A stretch of DNA of 64,000 nt from Candidatus Omnitrophota bacterium (GCA_016206925.1 JACQQS010000017.1:2393-66392); one strand, 5' to 3'; numbered from the stretch's first letter, positions 1 through 9,076 are shown. The notes: generated by a model not told the origin, from the sequence alone. Numbers and translations are program-made.

Positions 1-14
1 GTTCTCTACTGGCA

Positions 15-1667
15 TTGTCCGCATTGCTGCCGTTGCTTATTGGAGCAACGGAAACAACTTTCCTGCCGGGTTCATGGCAAGCTGTTCATACGGGTCTTGG
101 GGACAGCGGCTTTCACACCGTGAGCATCAGCAAAACCGATCCCGATCTTTTCCTCATGGCTTCAGAGGAGAACCTTTACCGCTCTCTGGATGGAGGAAAG
201 AGCTGGCAGCAGATTTTTCACGTTGCGGAAAGCAGGACCATCATTCGCCATATCGAACCGCATCCACTTAATGTAAACAGATTTTACTTGCTCACCTCCG
301 ACGGCATCTACATCAGTTCAGACCAAGGCCAACATTGGTTACCTTCTCATATCGGTATCCATTCCGAAAGTAGAAATGTGCAAGCCATTGCTTTCCATCC
401 GCGTGACCGCTCGCAAATTCTTTTGGGAACGACCGCAGGCCTCTACCTCAGCGAAAATGGAGGAGAATCGTGGAATAGCATTGTGCCGGAACTTTCCGAA
501 AAAGCGATCGTCGACGTCGAGTATCAAGCACGCTCCAAGGGCTTGGCTTATGCCGTTACGGAAAACGAAATATATCGAGTGAATCTGACCTTGCAATATG
601 CGGAAAAGGTCTTTGAATTTTCCGGACAAAAAATTGAAGAAATTACAAACAGCCCGGCACAATTTCAGGAGGAGTCTGATTCCGGGGCCGATCGGCCGTT
701 AAAGCACATTGCTTCGGACGATGCCGGTTATTCAATATTTGCAGCTGGCGATGAAGGGCTAATTCAAAGCGTGGACAAAGGAGCAACATGGACCATTAAC
801 GATCATCCTGACGGTATAAATGATCTTCTCATATCGCCTTTTGATGACACATTGTACCTGGCATCGCGAAAAGGAGTATTTGCTCTCTTCTCAGGCGATC
901 GAACGGCACGCGAATTGTACAAAGGCCTGCCGACAAGTCGCGTGCATGCCCTTGCCCTTTCCCTGGATGTGGATGAACATCTCTTCGCATTAACCTCCGA
1001 TGGGCTTTATAGGTTAAGCAGAATTTCAGGATATCAGCCTACCGAAGTAATGCCCGTTCCGGATACAAAGGAAATTTTCGCTACATTTTCCGGCTGGATA
1101 TCTATAGAACCATCCATTGTCGAAGTTCAGCAAATGGCGGTTAAATACGGAAATGTCACCAATGGGAAAACTAAAAACTGGCATCGGCAATCTCGTTTGA
1201 GCGCGCTCCTGCCCGTGTTTTCCATTGACGCCGATTGGTCGACGGACAGCAACGTTGATCTGGATCGCGGCAACACAAATGAAAAGGATGTGTTCATTGT
1301 CGGGCCGGAAGAAATCGCATTTAACTGGGGGCTCGGATTCGATTGGGACTTAAAGCGGTTTATCTGGAGCAGTGACCAGACGTCGATTGACGTGCGCGAA
1401 AAACTCATGGTGGAGCTGCGCGAAAGTTTGCTGCGCGAAGTGACACGACTTTATTTCGAGCGGCGGAGACTGCAAATGGAGATCGTCTCGGCGCAGAACC
1501 CTGATTTCACATCCCGTCTGGACACGTTAAATCGCATAAACGAACTTGCCGCCCAAATCGACGCGCTAACCGGACAATATCTCTCAAACCGCTGGCAGCC
1601 GCCGGAAAATTATCTGCCCGTTTCGGATCATTCGGAAAGCCGCGAAATCCATGTCGACAACCGATAA
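15..1667 (+). CDS. BNR/Asp-box repeat beta-propeller protein (Ycf48/sialidase-like) with an unassigned C-terminal region; the 5' end probably runs off the window
   Basis: Repeated SxDxGxxW boxes (SLDGGKSWQ, SSDQGQHWL, SENGGESWN, SVDKGATWT). The frame stays open upstream of the TTG at 15 to the window edge. The N-terminus resembles a signal peptide. Confidence 0.6.
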   Translation: MSALLPLLIGATETTFLPGSWQAVHTGLGDSGFHTVSISKTDPDLFLMASEENLYRSLDGGKSWQQIFHVAESRTIIRHIEPHPLNVNRFYLLTSDGIYISSDQGQHWLPSHIGIHSESRNVQAIAFHPRDRSQILLGTTAGLYLSENGGESWNSIVPELSEKAIVDVEYQARSKGLAYAVTENEIYRVNLTLQYAEKVFEFSGQKIEEITNSPAQFQEESDSGADRPLKHIASDDAGYSIFAAGDEGLIQSVDKGATWTINDHPDGINDLLISPFDDTLYLASRKGVFALFSGDRTARELYKGLPTSRVHALALSLDVDEHLFALTSDGLYRLSRISGYQPTEVMPVPDTKEIFATFSGWISIEPSIVEVQQMAVKYGNVTNGKTKNWHRQSRLSALLPVFSIDADWSTDSNVDLDRGNTNEKDVFIVGPEEIAFNWGLGFDWDLKRFIWSSDQTSIDVREKLMVELRESLLREVTRLYFERRRLQMEIVSAQNPDFTSRLDTLNRINELAAQIDALTGQYLSNRWQPPENYLPVSDHSESREIHVDNR

Positions 1668-1685
1668 CGGAATAAAGGAAATCGT

Positions 1686-2195
1686 ATGAAAGCTCTCATC
1701 TCAGAACAAAGTCTTGAGTCAAGAATTCATCTGACCCGTGGACACAAGGTCATGTTAAGCCATGATCTTGCAAAATTGTACGGCGTGGAAGTGCGCAGTT
1801 TGCTTCAAGCGGTCAAACGAAACAAGGAGAGATTCCCGGCTGATTTCATGTTCCAGCTCACATGGGAAGAAGCGGAAAACTCAAGATCACAATTTGTGAT
1901 CTTGAAACATGGCAAAAATATCAAATATCGGCCCTACGCGTTTACTGAACAAGGGGTGGCCATGCTTTCAAGCGTGCTCCGCAGCAAGAAAGCCGTGCAA
2001 GTCAATATAGCCATCATGAGAGCTTTTGTGAAAATACGACATATTCTCTCAACCCACAAAGAACTGGCCTCTAAACTGGAGCGTCTCGAAAGAAAGAGCG
2101 AAAAACACGACGGTGAAATTCGCACAATATTTGAAGCCATAAGGCAACTGATGCGAGTGCCTGAAAAGCCAAAGAGGCGGATAGGATTCATCTAA
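1686..2195 (+). CDS. ORF6N (KilA-N-like) DNA-binding domain protein
   Basis: The N-terminal segment RGHKVMLSHDLAKLYGVEVRSLLQAVKRNKERFPADFMFQLT is typical of ORF6N domain proteins. The C-terminus is a coiled coil. Confidence 0.65.
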   Translation: MKALISEQSLESRIHLTRGHKVMLSHDLAKLYGVEVRSLLQAVKRNKERFPADFMFQLTWEEAENSRSQFVILKHGKNIKYRPYAFTEQGVAMLSSVLRSKKAVQVNIAIMRAFVKIRHILSTHKELASKLERLERKSEKHDGEIRTIFEAIRQLMRVPEKPKRRIGFI

Positions 2196-2207
2196 TGCAG
2201 GAATAAA

Positions 2208-3026
2208 TCAGACGCGGAGTTTGTAGCCGATTTTGAAAAGATAAACGGCGAAAGAGAAAAGTACGGCAAACACGACAAGAACCATGCCGAAGCTGATCCA
2301 AAGCGGTGCTGAGTGAATTCCCAAAACGGCATAGCGAAGCCCGTCTACCATGTAATAGATGGGGTTACAAACGGTGATAAATCGGAGCGCCTCCGGCATC
2401 ATGGCAACGGAATGAAACACACCTCCAAGAAAAATGAGCGGCGTAATCACAAAAGTTGAAACAATGGAAAGATGTTCCCATTCTTCCGCAAAAAGCCCCG
2501 CGAGGATACCGATCGTTGAAAAAATGGCGCTGACCATCAACAGCATATAAAAGAACACGATAGGATGCGCGATAGGCGTCTGAACGAATATGAGAGAAAC
2601 AAGATATACTCCGAAACTCACCACCACACCGCGCATAAGACCGCCGATCAAAATGGCCGTGACCATTTCAAGGTATGAAAGCGGGGTCACCAAAATTTCC
2701 TGGATGCTGTTATGCCAGCGGGAAATATAAAGCGAGCTGGAAGTATTAATGTACGAGCCTTCAATCGTATACATCATGATCAGCCCGGGAATGAGAAATT
2801 TCATGTAGCTCATCCCCTCTACTTGATCAATGTGCCGTCCGAGCGAGAGCCCGAAAATAAATATGTAGAGAAATGATGAAACCACCGGCGGCACAATTGT
2901 CTGTTTAAATACAGAAAAGAAACGAAACACTTCCCGCCTCACGAAGGTAAGGAAACCAATAACGCTCGGTCTGCGCGCAACCGTGCTAGGATCTTTTATG
3001 GGTGAGAGAGATGAAGACGTCTTCAA
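2208..3026 (-). CDS. ABC-2 type transporter permease
   Basis: About six hydrophobic helices. It lies immediately downstream of, and overlaps, an ABC ATPase gene. Size is typical of the ABC-2 family. Confidence 0.7.
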   Translation of the reverse strand: MKTSSSLSPIKDPSTVARRPSVIGFLTFVRREVFRFFSVFKQTIVPPVVSSFLYIFIFGLSLGRHIDQVEGMSYMKFLIPGLIMMYTIEGSYINTSSSLYISRWHNSIQEILVTPLSYLEMVTAILIGGLMRGVVVSFGVYLVSLIFVQTPIAHPIVFFYMLLMVSAIFSTIGILAGLFAEEWEHLSIVSTFVITPLIFLGGVFHSVAMMPEALRFITVCNPIYYMVDGLRYAVLGIHSAPLWISFGMVLVVFAVLFSFAVYLFKIGYKLRV

Positions 3027-3909
3027 GCGTCGTTTTCTTGACGTCGATAGCCTCGACCGTCAAGCCTCCGTTAAAAATTTCATGCAGCACTTCGTTCAAC
3101 CGGGAACGGTCTTCCCGAAACGAAAGCACCCGTCCGTGATTCGCCAGTTCCGCGTGAAGAATTTTTAACCGTTCCGGCACAGCCGAAAGCGTTTCTTTAA
3201 TTCTTACTTCAATACGGTCCGCCCGCATGCCTCGGATCAATTCGGAACGGTCGGAGAACGATACAAGCTTGCCCTCATGGATAACGCCGATTTTGTTGCA
3301 GAGCCGCTCGGCTTCTTCAATGTAATGCGTGGTAAGAAATATGGTCGTGCCGAGCTGATTTAATTCGGTCAAAAACCGCCAGAACTCGTGGCGAAGTTCC
3401 ACATCAATACCCGCCGTAGGTTCATCGAGAATGAGGATCTTCGGCTGATGGATTAACGCGCGCGCTATCATGAGCCGCCTTTTCTGTCCTCCCGACAGGC
3501 GGCGGTAACTCACCTTGCGCCTATCCAAAAGATCAAACATCTCAAGCAATTCATCCGTACGGGCGCGGGCAAGCTTGGGACGAAGCCCAAAATACCCCGC
3601 TTCGTAAAAGAGAATTTGCTCGGCGGAAAGAAAAGGGTCGAAATTAAAATCCTGCGGGGCAAGCCCGATCAACCGGCGCGTAATGCGGTAATCGGCAACA
3701 ACATCGTATCCAAAAACGCGGACTTCTCCGGCTTTAAAATTGGCCAAACCCGTAATGACACTGATGGTGGTTGTCTTTCCCGCGCCATTTGGACCGAGAA
3801 AGCCGAAAAAGTCACCTTCACGTATTTCAAACGAAATATCGTCAACGGCTTTAAGGGCTTTGTAGTATTTGGTGAGATTTCGGACGGAAATAGCGGGAAT
3901 TTTTGCGCT
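2986..3909 (-). CDS. ABC transporter ATP-binding protein; true N-terminus lies upstream of the ORF-track TTG at 3747
   Basis: Hand translation of 3748-3909 gives SAKIPAISVRNLTKYYKALKAVDDISFEIREGDFFGFLGPNGAGKTTTISVITG, which contains Walker A. The signature LSGGQKRRL and Walker B ILILDEPT lie downstream. No ATG/GTG/TTG occurs between the fabF stop and Walker A. Confidence 0.8.
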   Translation of the reverse strand, partial: SAKIPAISVRNLTKYYKALKAVDDISFEIREGDFFGFLGPNGAGKTTTISVITGLANFKAGEVRVFGYDVVADYRITRRLIGLAPQDFNFDPFLSAEQILFYEAGYFGLRPKLARARTDELLEMFDLLDRRKVSYRRLSGGQKRRLMIARALIHQPKILILDEPTAGIDVELRHEFWRFLTELNQLGTTIFLTTHYIEEAERLCNKIGVIHEGKLVSFSDRSELIRGMRADRIEVRIKETLSAVPERLKILHAELANHGRVLSFREDRSRLNEVLHEIFNGGLTVEAIDVKKTTLEDVFISLTHKRS

Positions 3910-5145
3910 CTACACTTTTCTTACAATTAAAATAGAATTTTTTCCGCCGAACCCAAATGAATTTTTCATGGCCGTGCGTATTTGCTTCTTTCGTGAGGTA
4001 TTGGGAACGTAATCCAGATCGCATTCCGGATCCGGATTATCGTAATTGATCGTCGGCGGCATTTCGTTATGCTCCATCGCAAGAAGCATTGCAATCAGCT
4101 CCACACTGCCCGCAGCGCCAATGAGGTGGCCAACCATTGATTTCGTCGCACTGATCGGAATTTTCTTGGCGTGTGCGCCGAATACTTCTTTAATAATCCT
4201 TGTCTCATTCACATCGTTTAAAGGTGTGGATGTACCGTGCGCATTAATGTAATCAATTTCTTCCGGCCGGATGCCGGCGCCCTCGAGAGCAATACGCATT
4301 GCGCGCGCCGCCTGCTCACCGCTTGGTTCGGGCGCAGTCATATGATAGGCATCGGTAGTCATCCCGTGACTCAAAATTTCTGCGTATATGCGCGCGCCGC
4401 GCTTCTGTGCCTTTTTGTAATCTTCCAAAATTAAAATTCCAGCGCCTTCGCCCAAAACAAATCCGTCCCGGTCGATCGTGAACGGACGACACGCTTTCTT
4501 CGGTTCATCATTTCTGCGCGACATGGCGCGCGTGATAGAGAAAGCGGCAATGGCTTCCGGAAATAGCGTCGCCTCCGCACCGCCCACCACAGCCGCATCC
4601 ATCCAGCCGCGTTTAATACCTTGGTAGGCCACACCGATCGCATCAAGCGCGGAAGAACAGGCCGTCGCAACTTGAAAACTTGGGCCTTGAATACCCAATT
4701 CGATGGAAATCTGGCTGCAACATGCATCTGGAAATGATGCGAGAGCCGTGTTGGGATTTATCTTCATAGGACCTTTGTCACGAAATGCGTCGTGCTGCTC
4801 GGTGATATAGGCTTGCCCAGCCATGGCTGTACCGATTAAAACGCCGGCTGATTCCTTGTAGCCGTTACATAACTCGATGTCCGCATCCTGCACGGCCATC
4901 TTCGCAGCTGCAACGGCAAATTGAGAAGTACGGTCCATCCGTTTGATCTTCTTCTTATCCATATATTGCTCGGGGTCGAAATCGCGGACTTCGCCAGCCA
5001 TCTGGGTGGGAAACGGGGAGGGATCAAAGCTTTGTATCCGGGCGATGCCCGTACGCCCGCTCTTGAGAGACTCCCAGAATCCCTGCTTACCTATACCATT
5101 ACAGGCAATAACACCGACACCGGTAATCACCACTCGTTTACTCAT
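3910..5145 (-). CDS. fabF: 3-oxoacyl-ACP synthase II
   Basis: Starts MSKRVVITGVGV. Active-site Cys in VATACSSALDAIG. His motifs HMTAPEP and NAHGTSTPLND. The ORF-track extension to 5391 is non-homologous leader sequence. Confidence 0.9.
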   Translation of the reverse strand: MSKRVVITGVGVIACNGIGKQGFWESLKSGRTGIARIQSFDPSPFPTQMAGEVRDFDPEQYMDKKKIKRMDRTSQFAVAAAKMAVQDADIELCNGYKESAGVLIGTAMAGQAYITEQHDAFRDKGPMKINPNTALASFPDACCSQISIELGIQGPSFQVATACSSALDAIGVAYQGIKRGWMDAAVVGGAEATLFPEAIAAFSITRAMSRRNDEPKKACRPFTIDRDGFVLGEGAGILILEDYKKAQKRGARIYAEILSHGMTTDAYHMTAPEPSGEQAARAMRIALEGAGIRPEEIDYINAHGTSTPLNDVNETRIIKEVFGAHAKKIPISATKSMVGHLIGAAGSVELIAMLLAMEHNEMPPTINYDNPDPECDLDYVPNTSRKKQIRTAMKNSFGFGGKNSILIVRKV

Positions 5146-5366
5146 AACGCTCTCTTGTTTCCTCTCTGAGCATCGAAAAGAAGTTAAGTATTTTATAGAA
5201 GCAAAACCCAGCGGGCAATATATATTACCCCAATTATTTGAAAACCTCACGCATGTTCTTGTCGGATAGTGTGTTCTGTCATTCTTAATCGGCCTTAATC
5301 GGCTAAAATACATCGGGGCTAAATAATTTGTTCGCCGCGAAGACCCGCTGTTATATAATTCCGCAC

Positions 5367-6230
5367 ATGTCAAAAATTCATCCCTCGGCACAAGTCGCTA
5401 AAGGCGCTATCCTCGGCAAGGACAATGAGATAGGACCGGGTGTGATTATTGAAGACAAGGTCACATTAGACAGCAAAAACAAGATCTGGGCAAATGCCTA
5501 TATTTGCCGCGGGACGACGATCGGTTCCAATAATCAAATTCACATGGGAGCAATCATCGGTCACGAACCGCAGGACCTGGCTTATAAAGGCCAGGAAACA
5601 TTTACAAAGATCGGCGACCGGAACATTATCCGCGAATACGTCACCATTCATCGCGGCACAAAGGAAGGTACTTCAACCGTAATCGGCGACGACAATTTTT
5701 TAATGGCCAATGCGCACGTTGCGCATAATTGCGTCATCGAAAACAAAGTGATCATGGTGAATCTGGCATCACTCACAGGTTATTGTGTGGCCGAAAGCGG
5801 CGCATTTCTTTCCGGCATGACCGGTTTCCATCAATTCACGCGAATCGGAAGACTCGCCATCGTCAGCGCACTCTCGGTTACAAACCGCGACATACCGCCC
5901 TATGCGATTTGCGGCGGGAGGCCGAGTTATGTACTGGGGATAAATGTCGTGGGTCTCCGCCGTGCCGGCGTGCCCTCCGGAGAGCGCGACAATATTAAGC
6001 GCGCATTTAAATTACTCTACCGTTCCGGATTAAACGTGAGTCAAGCTCTTGAGTCGATCGAGAACGAACTGGACGGACCTTACGTCGCACATCTCATTCA
6101 ATTTATCCGCTCCGCCAAACGTGGAATCTGCAACTACAAGGGCGAAGTAGAAGAAACGCTGCTTCCCAAAAACCCCACAGGCTTCAAGCAAGATAATAGC
6201 GAAAAAAGCGAGAGTGGATATTCGCTCTGA
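5367..6230 (+). CDS. lpxA: acyl-ACP--UDP-N-acetylglucosamine O-acyltransferase
   Basis: Left-handed beta-helix hexapeptide repeats followed by the helical C-terminal domain (GINVVGLRRAG...IKRAFKLLYRSGL). ATG at 5367 (MSKIHPSAQV). There is about 30 aa of extra C-terminal tail. Confidence 0.85.
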   Translation: MSKIHPSAQVAKGAILGKDNEIGPGVIIEDKVTLDSKNKIWANAYICRGTTIGSNNQIHMGAIIGHEPQDLAYKGQETFTKIGDRNIIREYVTIHRGTKEGTSTVIGDDNFLMANAHVAHNCVIENKVIMVNLASLTGYCVAESGAFLSGMTGFHQFTRIGRLAIVSALSVTNRDIPPYAICGGRPSYVLGINVVGLRRAGVPSGERDNIKRAFKLLYRSGLNVSQALESIENELDGPYVAHLIQFIRSAKRGICNYKGEVEETLLPKNPTGFKQDNSEKSESGYSL

Positions 6231-6270
6231 ATTAGCGGACAGCCTATAGGATAAATGAGCATTGAGGCGT

Positions 6271-6295
6271 CCTGAAATAAGCACCCTGAAATAAG
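6271..6295 (+). promoter_or_regulatory. Perfect 11-nt direct repeat CCTGAAATAAG x2 (14-nt period) abutting the atp -35 box
   Basis: Read directly: cctgaaataag cac cctgaaataag followed by ttgaca. Confidence 0.5.
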
Positions 6296-6324
6296 TTGAC
6301 ATCGATCAGACTCTACCCAATAAT
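6296..6324 (+). promoter_or_regulatory. sigma70-type promoter candidate for the atp operon
   Basis: TTGACA (6296-6301), 17-nt spacer, AATAAT (6319-6324). It lies about 50 nt upstream of atpH. Confidence 0.5.
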
Positions 6325-6376
6325 ACAAAGCTTAAAAATTTTTCGCCCCTAAGCGCTAAACCTACTTATTAAACTC

Positions 6377-6733
6377 ATGCAAGCACACGGACATAAGGAA
6401 CAAAAAGAGTCGGCTTCTTTAATTCCGCTCATCGTAAAGAAAGAGCGGGAACTTGAAACCGCCCTCGAACAGGCCGAAGCCAGAGCTAGAAACATCCTCG
6501 CAAAGGCTCAGAACGATTCGAAGCACATCCTTGAAGAGGCTAGAACAAAGGCCGCTGCCGAAGCGGAAACTTTGCTCGTGCGGGGCGAGAAGGAAATCGA
6601 GCAGGAAGTAAATCGAATCCTCGCGGCCGGCAAGGAAGAGGCACAAAAACTCAAAGCTTCCCTTTCCTCAAAAATCACGGAGGCTGCAGCAGTCGTATCG
6701 GAATTCATTTTGCCCAACGGGAAATCATCATGA
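6377..6733 (+). CDS. atpH: A/V-type ATPase peripheral-stalk subunit H/G
   Basis: Small Ala/Glu/Lys-rich coiled-coil protein. First gene of an H-I-K-E-C-F-A-B-D ordered operon. ATGA overlap with atpI. Confidence 0.7.
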   Translation: MQAHGHKEQKESASLIPLIVKKERELETALEQAEARARNILAKAQNDSKHILEEARTKAAAEAETLLVRGEKEIEQEVNRILAAGKEEAQKLKASLSSKITEAAAVVSEFILPNGKSS

Positions 6734-8601
6734 TTATTTCGATGACACATTTGGAAATCACCGGGCTTAGAGAGATTCTGCACGACGCTGTCCAGGCGCT
6801 TCAGGGGTTGGGCGTCACGCATATCGAAGAGAGCAACCCCCGCGAGCGTAAAGGCGGAAAGAGTTTAAAAACGGTCGCGCTTGAAGAAAAAAAGGCGGCC
6901 GAACGCCGCGATCTCGAAGCCATTGAGAATATGATCAAGGAAATGGTTCCTCTAGTACGCTCCTCCAACATTTCCGCAGACAAGAAAGAATATCTCACCG
7001 ATCCGCAGGAATTTGATTCCATCCTTACTAAATTAAAATTTGACCGCGACAAGCTGATCGGCCTCTCTAAGGAAAAAACCGAGATGAGCGCCCAGCTAGA
7101 AATGGCCAAAAAATACCGCGAAGTACTTAAGATTCTCCCGGCTGTCCTCAGCGGTTCGCAGGCCACACAAGCAGTTAACTATTTTGCGATATCCATTGAA
7201 AAAAGCGCTCTCCCGGATTTAAAAAATGCGTTCAGGCACGAAATCAACGGCACCGTTTCAATCCGCACGGTTAGATGGAAAGGTACCCAGCTGATCGGCG
7301 TCGTATCTTTCCCCGCCGCTTTGGCCGAGGACGTAAAAGACGTCGCTTGGAAACAGGGGGCCACCGAGATTATCCTTCCCAGTGAATTTCGCGGTAAACC
7401 GGTTAAGGAAAGTCTTGTGGAAATCGAACGGAGACTTTCGGCGCTGCCCCGAAAGATCGGTCAGATCGATCTGGAAATATCCTTGTATCTAAAGGAAAAC
7501 GCACCAAGAATTTTACGCATTCATCAGGAAACGGAGGACGGCCTGGATCGTTTCCGTATCCTCGGCAGTGTTGCCGAATCCAAATATTTATTTGTTCTTT
7601 CGGTTTGGGTCCCGACTGAAAAAGCTCAAGCCGCCATGTCCGCCCTTAAAAACCGTTTCCGCGATTTAATTTCAATCAACGAAATCGAGATTGAAGAATG
7701 GCATAAGGAAGAAATTCCAGTCACGCTCAAAAATCCAGGATTTCTGAAGCCGTTTGAACTTCTTCTCTCTTTCTTCCCCCCGCCCATTTATGGAACGCTG
7801 GATGCAACGTTTCTTCTCTTCCTCACTTTTCCTGTTTTTTTCGGGCTGATTTTGGGCGACATCGGCTACGGCACCATCATGCTGGCTATTATGCTGTGGG
7901 TTCGCGGGAAAGCAGGTGCAAGCGAACAGCTCAAAGCTGTTTCTGCTGTCGGTTTGTGGTGTGCGGGATGGTCGATTCTTTTTGGATTTGTTTTCGGCGA
8001 AGCATTCGGAAATTTGCTGCACGGAACCTTAAAACCGCTCTGGAATGACCGCATGCTGATTACAACGGAATACCTGATCCTTTCCATCATCATCGGTATA
8101 TGCCACATTTATCTCGGGCTCTTTCTTGGTTTCTACCTCGGCATAAAAGAAGGCCACGGCAAGCATGCCTGGGAAAAACTCGGATTTATTCTTTTCCTCA
8201 CCGGATCGCTATTAGCCCTTTCTTCACAGATGTTCGCGCCGGGAATCTTTTTGAAAGTGGGATTGGTCATGATCGGCGCTTCTATTCTTCTTCTGGGATG
8301 GGCGGCGGGCGTGGCCGGATTAATTGAAATTTTTTCCGTGATCAGCAACGTGCTTTCTTACGCCCGTATCATGGCCATCGGCGTTGCCTCCGTAGCGCTG
8401 GCTGAAGTAGCCAATGAGTTTGGCGGCGCCGGCGGATTTTTTGCCATTGTGATAGCCGTGCTTGTTCACGGAATCAACATGCTTCTTGGAATGTTTGATC
8501 CCACCATACAGGGCCTTCGGTTGCATTATGTTGAATTTTTTACGAAGTTCTACCAGTCTGGCGGCCGTGAGTTCCAGCCGCTTCAAAAACGAGGAGGATG
8601 A
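6730..8601 (+). CDS. atpI: A/V-type ATPase subunit I (a-subunit, proton/sodium channel)
   Basis: 623 aa. Soluble N-terminal half plus a polytopic C-terminal half with the conserved SYARIMAIGVAS arginine motif. Confidence 0.9.
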   Translation: MIISMTHLEITGLREILHDAVQALQGLGVTHIEESNPRERKGGKSLKTVALEEKKAAERRDLEAIENMIKEMVPLVRSSNISADKKEYLTDPQEFDSILTKLKFDRDKLIGLSKEKTEMSAQLEMAKKYREVLKILPAVLSGSQATQAVNYFAISIEKSALPDLKNAFRHEINGTVSIRTVRWKGTQLIGVVSFPAALAEDVKDVAWKQGATEIILPSEFRGKPVKESLVEIERRLSALPRKIGQIDLEISLYLKENAPRILRIHQETEDGLDRFRILGSVAESKYLFVLSVWVPTEKAQAAMSALKNRFRDLISINEIEIEEWHKEEIPVTLKNPGFLKPFELLLSFFPPPIYGTLDATFLLFLTFPVFFGLILGDIGYGTIMLAIMLWVRGKAGASEQLKAVSAVGLWCAGWSILFGFVFGEAFGNLLHGTLKPLWNDRMLITTEYLILSIIIGICHIYLGLFLGFYLGIKEGHGKHAWEKLGFILFLTGSLLALSSQMFAPGIFLKVGLVMIGASILLLGWAAGVAGLIEIFSVISNVLSYARIMAIGVASVALAEVANEFGGAGGFFAIVIAVLVHGINMLLGMFDPTIQGLRLHYVEFFTKFYQSGGREFQPLQKRGG

Positions 8602-8602
8602 A

Positions 8603-8950
8603 ATGTTAGGTAAAGGAAGAAAGATTTTAGCATTAGGACTTCTAATCATAGTGGGTTCGCTCTTGGCGGCGCCATTCGCGCTTGCCGTGGAAGGCGCGGC
8701 CGAATCGCATGGCCCCGCTTCTGTCGGGGACGGTCTTAAAGCCATCGGCGCCGGATTGGGTGTCGGTCTGGCCGTCGGGCTTGCCGGGCTCGGAACCGGA
8801 ATTGCGCAATCCAGAATCGGCGCGGCCGGTGCAGGCACCATTGCGGAAAATCCCAAGCTATTCATTTTGATGCTGATTCTAGTCGCGCTTCCCGAAACAG
8901 TCATCATTTTGGGATTCGTCATCAGCTTTTTAGCGCTAGGAAAATTTTAG
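8603..8950 (+). CDS. atpK: A/V-type ATPase proteolipid subunit K (c-ring)
   Basis: ATG sits 1 nt after the atpI stop. Gly-rich helix GAGLGVGLAVGLAGLGTGIAQSRIG and ion-binding helix LVALPETVIILGF. Extra N-terminal hydrophobic segment. Confidence 0.85.
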   Translation: MLGKGRKILALGLLIIVGSLLAAPFALAVEGAAESHGPASVGDGLKAIGAGLGVGLAVGLAGLGTGIAQSRIGAAGAGTIAENPKLFILMLILVALPETVIILGFVISFLALGKF

Positions 8951-9061
8951 TAACAGGTAACGAGAAACGAGTAACGGAAAAATCATATTTGAAAAATAAA
9001 AAATGCTGTTTGAAGACATGATTGCATTATCCCGTTTCTCGTTACCTGTTTCACGTTACAC
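8950..9061. repeat. Intergenic inverted-repeat hairpin (18-bp perfect stem, 63-nt loop) starting at the atpK stop codon
   Basis: AACAGGTAACGAGAAACG (8952-8969) is the exact reverse complement of CGTTTCTCGTTACCTGTT (9033-9050). The arms are made of GTAAC(A/G)G-like words. Confidence 0.8.
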
Positions 9062-9076
9062 TCAACTTGGGGTCCC

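Noticed and set aside
3910-3912. Idea that TAG is recoded or read through to fuse FabF to the ABC ATPase
   Set aside because: TAG terminates several well-defined genes here at their expected ends (atpK, atpB, nuoA1, nuoK2), and FabF ends at its normal C-terminus. A rare start codon or a sequence error is more parsimonious.
5146-5391. 82-aa N-terminal extension of the fabF ORF in the track
   Set aside because: The extension has no homology-like features and overlaps the divergent lpxA promoter and start. The conserved KAS II N-terminus begins at the ATG at 5145.
8320-8922. 200-aa minus-strand ORF, plus many other 60-200 aa ORFs antisense to atp and nuo genes (for example 11166-11762, 12105-12590, 13595-14158, 18064-18741)
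   Set aside because: They lie entirely opposite strongly supported coding genes, have low-complexity Arg/Pro/Ser-rich translations and no motifs. They are shadow ORFs produced by codon bias.
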